A stretch of 64,000 bases of DNA, taken from Bacteroidales bacterium (lineage in GTDB: Bacteria > Bacteroidota > Bacteroidia > Bacteroidales > VadinHA17). Below, one piece after another: positions 38,735-44,831 of this stretch. A program made the position numbers and the translations under genes. The stretch lies in assembly GCA_035390825.1 (NCBI GenBank), contig DAOOUQ010000005.1, positions 68,517 through 132,516 on the forward strand. Reading direction: 5' to 3'. Each line of letters starts with the position of its first letter. Positions within the stretch are counted from its first letter, which is position 1. Under the pieces are notes generated by a model that saw only the letters and a program-made list of their open reading frames with translations, ran no database searches and was not told the origin of the DNA.

Positions 38735-40076
38735 TCCTGAGGCCTATTTTATGTCCGATAAATGCATAAAACATTATGACGAGATAACATGGAAGACATA
38801 ACCAATACGCCGATTGTGTGGAAAAGGAAACGGCAAGCTTGCCATAGAGCAACGGCAGTAAGGCGCCTCCTGCTATGGCCATGATAAGCATAGCTGAAGC
38901 TGTTTTTGTAAATTTCCCCAGGCCGTTCAAAGCCAGAGGCCATACTGCGGGCCATACAAGTGAATTGGCCAGTCCCATGAGTGCAACAAAAAGTACCGTT
39001 ACCGGCAGAACAAGCTGAAGCGGTTTGAATGTCACAAGGTCGATAAAGGGCATAGTAAAGACTTTGCCGGCTGGGGTAAATACGGCTCCGAGTGAAAAGA
39101 TAACTCCAAGTATCGTGCAAATCTTCAGGGCATCAGCCTGTTTCAGGTATTTAGGTATTAATATTATGCCTGCTAAATACCCGATGATCATTGCAACCAT
39201 CGTAAGTGAGGTAAAGTATTTAGCCGAATCCATTCCTATTCCGAGAGATTGTCCGTACCTTATTATTGAATCACCTGCGATAACTTCAACTCCTACATAG
39301 AAGAACAGTGTAACCACTCCAAGAATAAGATGTGGAAACTGCCATATGCTGGTTTTTTTCAGATTTGCCATACCTACTGCTTCATCCTCGGCATCTGTAT
39401 CCACCTCAGGAAGATGCACATATCTCAGGAGAAGCCCCAGGAGCAGCAGTATAACTGTCATAACAATATAGGGCATGATTACATTACGGGCCATCTCATC
39501 AAGTATTACGGCCCGCGATGCCTGATCTGCCGCCTGGGCAAGTTTTTCTTCAAGAATATGGGAATCTTTGAGTATTATGCTGGCGAGAATTATTGGAGCA
39601 ATGACACCGGCAAATTTATTTGCAATACCCATAATGCTTATCCTTTTTGCGGCACTTTCGCGCGGTCCAATGATCGTTACATAAGGATTCGATGCGGTCT
39701 GCAAAAGAGCAAGACCCGTCCCTTCAACAAACAAACCGGTGAGAAATAATCCGAAAGTCCTTGTCAGTGCAGCCGGGATGAAAATTACCGTTCCTGCTGC
39801 CATAATCCACAACCCGACTGCCATGCCGTTCTTGAAACCTGTTTTCTTCAGCACTGCGGATGAAGGAAGTGCCATCACAAAATAAGAAATATAGAACGCA
39901 AAAGTTACGAAATATGCCTGGAAATCATTTAGTTCGCAGGATGTCCTAAGAAATGGGATAAGCACCCCGTTGAGCCATGTTACAAAACCAAAAATAAAAA
40001 AGAAGAGTCCGATAACAGTTATTGAAAACAAATAGTCTTTTTTACTGATGCCGTTTGCAGTGTCATTGTTAGCCAT
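38724..40076 (-). CDS. Sugar MFS transporter (FucP / glucose-galactose transporter family)
   Basis: 450 aa with 12 TM helices. The N-terminus (FFIFGFVTWLNGVLIPFL) and an overall profile typical of GluP/FucP-type permeases support the call. Confidence 0.75.
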   Translation of the reverse strand: MANNDTANGISKKDYLFSITVIGLFFFIFGFVTWLNGVLIPFLRTSCELNDFQAYFVTFAFYISYFVMALPSSAVLKKTGFKNGMAVGLWIMAAGTVIFIPAALTRTFGLFLTGLFVEGTGLALLQTASNPYVTIIGPRESAAKRISIMGIANKFAGVIAPIILASIILKDSHILEEKLAQAADQASRAVILDEMARNVIMPYIVMTVILLLLGLLLRYVHLPEVDTDAEDEAVGMANLKKTSIWQFPHLILGVVTLFFYVGVEVIAGDSIIRYGQSLGIGMDSAKYFTSLTMVAMIIGYLAGIILIPKYLKQADALKICTILGVIFSLGAVFTPAGKVFTMPFIDLVTFKPLQLVLPVTVLFVALMGLANSLVWPAVWPLALNGLGKFTKTASAMLIMAIAGGALLPLLYGKLAVSFSTQSAYWLCLPCYLVIMFYAFIGHKIGLRNEA

Positions 40077-40111
40077 AATGTGGTTTTTGTTTATTAAACA
40101 ATCAGAATTTT

Positions 40112-40119
40112 CAAATCTA
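40112..40119 (-). promoter_or_regulatory. -7 promoter box TAGATTTG for the MFS-kinase operon
   Basis: Exact TAnnTTTG on the minus strand, 35 nt upstream of the ATG at 40076. Confidence 0.45.
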
Positions 40120-40163
40120 GTCTTTTTTGGAAAGGTTGCAAAATAAAATCAGGTTACCTTGCC

Positions 40164-40769
40164 TTAATGACCTGACTTTTCCCTCGATTTTACCCCCAGG
40201 TAGCCTCCGTGATGACGTTTTGAATAATCTTCGGCTGTAAAACCTATCCGTTCCATCATAAGCACCACGAGTGCATCCCCGATTACCGTAAACACGGTTG
40301 TGGAGGTCGTTGGCGTGAGCCCAAGGGGACATACTTCCGATGGAGAACCCGTGGAAATGAAATAGTCGGCTTTCAGGGCAAGAGGGCTTGTATCATTGCC
40401 TGTGATGACAATTACCGGCATGGAAGGGAACAGACTGTTCTTCAGGTCAATTAGTTCAATGATTTCACGTGTTTTTCCGGAATTAGATATTGCCAGAAGA
40501 ACATCATTTTCCTGAAGAACTCCGAGATCACCATGCTGTGCTTCGCTGGGGTGAAGAAAAACTGCAGGTGTACCTGTCGAACTGAAAGTAGTGGCTATGT
40601 TATGTGCAATCTGCCCCGCTTTTCCCATGCCGCTGGTTACGAGTTTGCCGTTTCTCTTATGAACATGCTCGTAGATTATTTCTGTTACCTTATCAAAACT
40701 ATCGGTAACGGGAATGTTTTTTATTGCCGAAGCTTCAACTTCAAATATCTTTTCTACTCTTTCCTTCAT
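40164..40769 (-). CDS. Single-domain SIS sugar-phosphate isomerase (KpsF/KdsD-like arabinose-5-phosphate isomerase lacking CBS domains)
   Basis: The start is taken at MKERVEK (40769), because a -7 box sits inside the longer ORF. The sequence SGMGKAGQIAHNIATTFSSTGTPAVFLHPSEAQHGDLGVL...LAISNSGKTREI...TTSTTVFTVIGDAL is collinear with the KpsF/KdsD SIS domain. The protein ends where the CBS pair would begin. Confidence 0.7.
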   Translation of the reverse strand: MKERVEKIFEVEASAIKNIPVTDSFDKVTEIIYEHVHKRNGKLVTSGMGKAGQIAHNIATTFSSTGTPAVFLHPSEAQHGDLGVLQENDVLLAISNSGKTREIIELIDLKNSLFPSMPVIVITGNDTSPLALKADYFISTGSPSEVCPLGLTPTTSTTVFTVIGDALVVLMMERIGFTAEDYSKRHHGGYLGVKSREKSGH

Positions 40770-40790
40770 AGCTGAAAATAAAAACAGGGC

Positions 40791-40798
40791 CAAATTTA
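40791..40798 (-). promoter_or_regulatory. -7 promoter box TAAATTTG for the SIS isomerase gene
   Basis: Exact TAnnTTTG on the minus strand, 21 nt upstream of the ATG at 40769. Confidence 0.45.
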
Positions 40799-41006
40799 AT
40801 TAAAAATAAGGCATTGTTAATTTTAAAAGGCGGTTTGTTGTTCCCTGGGAAAAAATAAAGGAGAAATCCTGTGTTTTTTTTAAACATGATCATCGTAAAA
40901 TGTGCAACTATCTGGTGAAAATGTATGACGATTTTTATGAATCGTTGAAAAAAAACAGGAAATTAGCTGTATGAAAAACTATTCTGACAAAATAAATCAA
41001 GAGCCC

Positions 41007-42305
41007 ATGAAAAGACCTTTTCCCATTTTTGCAACAATAATCCTGTCTTTGTTTTCCGTCGTTCTGCAGGCCCAGTTGCCGGAGCAGCTTATTAAGATTG
41101 TTGTGTCTCCGGATCATGAAAACTGGCAATATAATTCCGGAGAAAAAGCGAATTTCACTGTTCAGGTATTCTGCCATATGAATTATCTGAAGGGTGCAAA
41201 AGCCTGGTATGAAGTCGGCCCTGAAAAGCTTGATCCTTTTAAAAAAGACTCTCTGATCCTTGATGGTAAGCCTTTCAAAATTGATGCCGGAACACTTAAG
41301 TCTCCCGGATTCCTGAGATGCATTGTAACAGTAGAATATGAGGGGAAGAAATACAGAGGGCTCGCGACTGCAGGATTCGATGTTGATCAGATTAGGGCTA
41401 CTGTAAAACTCCCTGAAGATTTTACGGAATTCTGGGATGCGGCAAAAAAAGAGCTTTCCGGGATTCCTGTCAATGCCCGAATGACGTTGATGCCTGAAAG
41501 ATGTACGGAAAATGTAAATGTATATCATGTCAGCCTTCAGAATATAGGGAACTCAAGAATCTACGGCATCGTTTCCATTCCCAGAAAGGAAGGCAAGTAT
41601 CCTGCAATACTCGAAGTCCCTGGTGCAGGCGTGAGAGCTTATGCACCTGACATTAGCCTTGCAGAACGCGGTGTCATAACATTTGTAATCGGGATCCATG
41701 GCATTCCTGTCAACCTCGACCCCGGTGTTTATCTTGATCTTGGAAACGGAGCTTTACGTGAGTACTGGACCTTTAATATGGATAACAGGGACAGGTATTA
41801 CTACAAGAGAGTCTATCTCGGATGCGTCAGGGCAAATGACTTTCTTACATCGCTTCCACAATATGATGGTGCAAACCTTGCCGTGACTGGAGGAAGCCAG
41901 GGGGGGGCACTCTCGATTATAACGGCTTCACTCGACACGAGGGTTAAATGCCTCGGCTCATTTTATCCGGCCTTGTGCGATGTTACCGGTTATTTATCGG
42001 GAAGGGCAGGAGGCTGGCCTCATTTCTTTAACAAAAATAGTCGTAACTTCCACGACACCAGGGAAAAGCTTGAAACAATAGCCTATTATGATGTTGTGAA
42101 TTTTGCGAGAAATATTAAAGTCCCTGGTTTCTACAGTTGGGGGTTCAATGACGAAACATGCCCGCCAACATCAATGTATGCCGCGTATAATCTTATAAGT
42201 GCAGAAAAAAATCTTAATCTCTTTCTGGAGACAGGACACTGGACTTATCCCGAACAAAACAATAAGATGCAAAGCTGGATTTTAGGCATGCTGACTAAAA
42301 ACTAA
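41007..42305 (+). CDS. Secreted acetylxylan esterase / cephalosporin-C deacetylase family (CE7-like) serine hydrolase with an N-terminal beta-sandwich domain
   Basis: The start is taken at MKRPFPIFATIILSLFSVVLQAQ; the track gives 40971. The nucleophile motif is VTGGSQGGALS and the C-terminal His region is ETGHWTY. Confidence 0.75.
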   Translation: MKRPFPIFATIILSLFSVVLQAQLPEQLIKIVVSPDHENWQYNSGEKANFTVQVFCHMNYLKGAKAWYEVGPEKLDPFKKDSLILDGKPFKIDAGTLKSPGFLRCIVTVEYEGKKYRGLATAGFDVDQIRATVKLPEDFTEFWDAAKKELSGIPVNARMTLMPERCTENVNVYHVSLQNIGNSRIYGIVSIPRKEGKYPAILEVPGAGVRAYAPDISLAERGVITFVIGIHGIPVNLDPGVYLDLGNGALREYWTFNMDNRDRYYYKRVYLGCVRANDFLTSLPQYDGANLAVTGGSQGGALSIITASLDTRVKCLGSFYPALCDVTGYLSGRAGGWPHFFNKNSRNFHDTREKLETIAYYDVVNFARNIKVPGFYSWGFNDETCPPTSMYAAYNLISAEKNLNLFLETGHWTYPEQNNKMQSWILGMLTKN

Positions 42306-42364
42306 AGTCTGAGAAGTCATTTGTCATGATTCTGTCAGAATTAAGAAAAAAGAAAATTCAATTG

Positions 42365-42396
42365 CGGTCATTTTTTTGATGAACGGTCATTTTTTT
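42365..42396 (+). repeat. Tandem direct repeat CGGTCATTTTTTT (2 copies, 19-nt period) upstream of capD
   Basis: Copies are at 42365-42377 and 42384-42396, read directly from the sequence. Confidence 0.5.
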
Positions 42397-42588
42397 AACT
42401 TGAACGAGCGTCTTCGTATGGTATATGAACGAAATCTTATGTTTAACCATGTTCTTAAGCCCCGGTTTCAGGCGCTTTGGAAATCCCGGAATTTTGACAG
42501 GACCCGGGGATAGACTAACTTTGAAAGACAAGTATTTTAGATTAATAGTATACTGTACAACAGATTATGTTTTGATAAATTTATACTG

Positions 42589-44574
42589 ATGTTTAAGAAT
42601 TACCCTGTTACAAGGGAAAACCTTCGCTTGAAAGCGTCGGGAATTTTTCATAAATACTCAGTTCCGAGATGGATGCTGTTCATTCATGATATTTCATCTG
42701 TCTTTGCAACTTTCCTTGTTGCATATCTTCTGCGCTTCAACCTTATCATTCATGATATTTCGTGGAACGAAGTTTTTGTCCACGGTTTTATCACAATGGC
42801 GGTTTATACCATCTCAATGATTGGATACAGGTCTTATTCAGGACTTATACGGCATACAACGCTTACTGATGTGACCCTGGTTTTCGCTGCCACCAGCACG
42901 GCAACACTTGTACTTTTAGGCCTGATGATAATTGAGGATGCATTTGGCATTTCGGCCCTTTACCGGATTCCGATGTCAATAGTGTTAATTCACTATTTCC
43001 TGCTGACTGTTTACCTTTTTGTAATGAGGCTTTCGGTTAAGCTTCTTTTCAGGTTTGCAACAAGTTCAATTAAGATCAATGTCAGGAAAGTTCTTATTTA
43101 TGGTGCGGGAGAGATGGGCTTTGTAGTCAAAAGAGTTCTGATGAGTGATCCGCGTGGCGATTTTTATGTTGCCGGATTCATTGACGACAGCCGTATGCTG
43201 CAGGGTAAAAAGATAAATGGGATTCAGGTGTTCGGCCCTGAAATTCTTTCTTCCCCATTTATAACCAGGCACAATATAAAGACTCTGATCCTGGCAATCC
43301 GCAATTTTCCGCCTGTAAGGAAAAGCGATGTTATCAGAATCGCCATCGACAACAATCTTGAAATACTTGAGACACCCGCCATCGAAAAATGGCTCCACGG
43401 ACAACTTGAGCTTAAGCAATTACAGAAAGTCAAACTTGAAGATCTTCTTGGACGCGAGCCTATAAGACTGGATATGGAACTTTTAAGAAAAGGCCTTTCA
43501 AAACGAACCATTCTTGTGACAGGCGCTGCAGGATCAATAGGTTCCGAAATAGTCAGGCAGCTTTCAAGATTTTCTGTCCAGAAAATAATTCTTGTTGACC
43601 AGGCTGAAACGCCTTCATTCCACCTCGAGAATGAACTTAAGAAATCCTTCAGCCATGTTAAATTCAGGATTCACCTTGCGGATATCACCAATGCAAGCAA
43701 AATGGAGCGGATCTTCCAGCAATACCGACCAGAAATAGTGTTCCATGCTGCGGCTTATAAGCATGTGCCGCTTATGGAAGATAATCCTCATGAAGCATTC
43801 CGGGTAAATGTTGGCGGCACAAGGATACTTGTCGAGCTTTCGGTGAAATACGGAGTCAGGAAGTTTGTAATGATATCAAGCGATAAATCAGTGAACCCGA
43901 CTAATATCATGGGAGCCTCAAAACGTCTCTGCGAAATGATAATCCAGACCAAATCAATGATGAACGGCATTTCGACTCAGTTTGTTATCACTCGCTTTGG
44001 CAATGTCCTTGGTTCAAACGGAAGCGTCATACCATTGTTTAAGAAGCAGATAGAAGAAGGAGGACCGGTAACTGTCACACATCCTGAAATCACGAGGTAC
44101 TTTATGACAATTCCTGAAGCCTGTCAGCTCGTTCTGGAAGCGGGGTTCATTGGTAAGGGAGGGGAAATATTCGTTTTCGACATGGGGAAACCTGTCAAAA
44201 TAGAGGACCTGGCGAGAAATATGATAAGACTTTCCGGACTTGAGCCTGACAAGGATATTAAAATAGAATATACGGGCCTGAGACCAGGTGAAAAACTTTA
44301 TGAGGAAATACTCTCCAGCAATGAAGAAATGTCCTCAACTCTCCATGAAAAGATCAAAATCGCCAAAGTGGAGAAAAATGATTACAGGAAGGAAGTTCTG
44401 AAAGCTATCGTTGCACTCAGGGATATTTATGACTTGTCTGAGCGGGAAATCGTTGAATTATTCGAAGAACTGGTACCGGAATATAAAATTTCAAAAGAAC
44501 AAAGCAACGGTCATTTTCTGAAAAACATTTCAGTCAGGGAAAAAAGTAGGATAGCTTCTGAAGAAATCAGCTAA
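42589..44574 (+). CDS. Membrane-anchored polysaccharide biosynthesis protein CapD/WbpM family (UDP-sugar 4,6-dehydratase, extended SDR)
   Basis: 661 aa with 4 N-terminal TM helices. A first Rossmann motif is LIYGAGEMG. The SDR core is VTGAAGSIGSE...AAAYKHVP. Confidence 0.85.
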   Translation: MFKNYPVTRENLRLKASGIFHKYSVPRWMLFIHDISSVFATFLVAYLLRFNLIIHDISWNEVFVHGFITMAVYTISMIGYRSYSGLIRHTTLTDVTLVFAATSTATLVLLGLMIIEDAFGISALYRIPMSIVLIHYFLLTVYLFVMRLSVKLLFRFATSSIKINVRKVLIYGAGEMGFVVKRVLMSDPRGDFYVAGFIDDSRMLQGKKINGIQVFGPEILSSPFITRHNIKTLILAIRNFPPVRKSDVIRIAIDNNLEILETPAIEKWLHGQLELKQLQKVKLEDLLGREPIRLDMELLRKGLSKRTILVTGAAGSIGSEIVRQLSRFSVQKIILVDQAETPSFHLENELKKSFSHVKFRIHLADITNASKMERIFQQYRPEIVFHAAAYKHVPLMEDNPHEAFRVNVGGTRILVELSVKYGVRKFVMISSDKSVNPTNIMGASKRLCEMIIQTKSMMNGISTQFVITRFGNVLGSNGSVIPLFKKQIEEGGPVTVTHPEITRYFMTIPEACQLVLEAGFIGKGGEIFVFDMGKPVKIEDLARNMIRLSGLEPDKDIKIEYTGLRPGEKLYEEILSSNEEMSSTLHEKIKIAKVEKNDYRKEVLKAIVALRDIYDLSEREIVELFEELVPEYKISKEQSNGHFLKNISVREKSRIASEEIS

Positions 44575-44592
44575 ACAGTACCCATATAAATG

Positions 44593-44628
44593 AAAATGCC
44601 TGAAAATCAATTGATTTTCAGGCATTTT
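44593..44628. terminator. Perfect 36-nt palindrome acting as a shared bidirectional terminator for capD (+) and tRNA-Arg (-)
   Basis: AAAATGCCTGAAAATCAA / TTGATTTTCAGGCATTTT gives 18 perfect base pairs. An A-run and a T-run form the outer parts of the arms, so either strand gets a hairpin ending in U residues. Confidence 0.75.
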
Positions 44629-44630
44629 TG

Positions 44631-44704
44631 TGATCCCGGCGGGATTCAAACCCACAACCTTCTGATCCGTAGTCAGATGCTCTATTCAGTTAAGCTACGG
44701 GACC
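44631..44704 (-). tRNA. tRNA-Arg (anticodon ACG), with no encoded CCA
   Basis: The reverse strand reads GGTCCCGTAGCTTAACTGAATAGAGCATCTGACTACGGATCAGAAGGTTGTGGGTTTGAATCCCGCCGGGATCA (74 nt). The acceptor stem is GGTCCCG/CGGGATC. The anticodon stem is TCTGA/TCAGA with loop CT-ACG-GA. The T arm is GTGGG-TTTGAAT-CCCGC. Confidence 0.9.
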
Positions 44705-44722
44705 ATTTTTCATGTCAGGGGG

Positions 44723-44730
44723 CAAATATA
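44723..44730 (-). promoter_or_regulatory. -7 promoter box TATATTTG for tRNA-Arg
   Basis: Exact TAnnTTTG on the minus strand, 18 nt upstream of the mature tRNA 5' end. Confidence 0.5.
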
Positions 44731-44831
44731 GTAAAATTTTATCCTTATTTTATTCCCGGTTAATATTTCTGATACTGCAAAATATTTTAAACATTATATC
44801 GTTGGAAAATTCATACGAAAAACCTTTAATC

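Noticed and set aside
40935-41528. 197-aa ORF antisense to the CE7-like esterase gene
   Set aside because: It overlaps the esterase signal peptide and N-domain. Its translation is unusually rich in R, F, I and C with no recognisable fold. The esterase frame carries the GGSQGG nucleophile motif.
42379-42513. 44-codon ORF in the capD leader as a real gene
   Set aside because: It is too short and there is no supporting signal that I can verify. It is mentioned only inside the leader finding.
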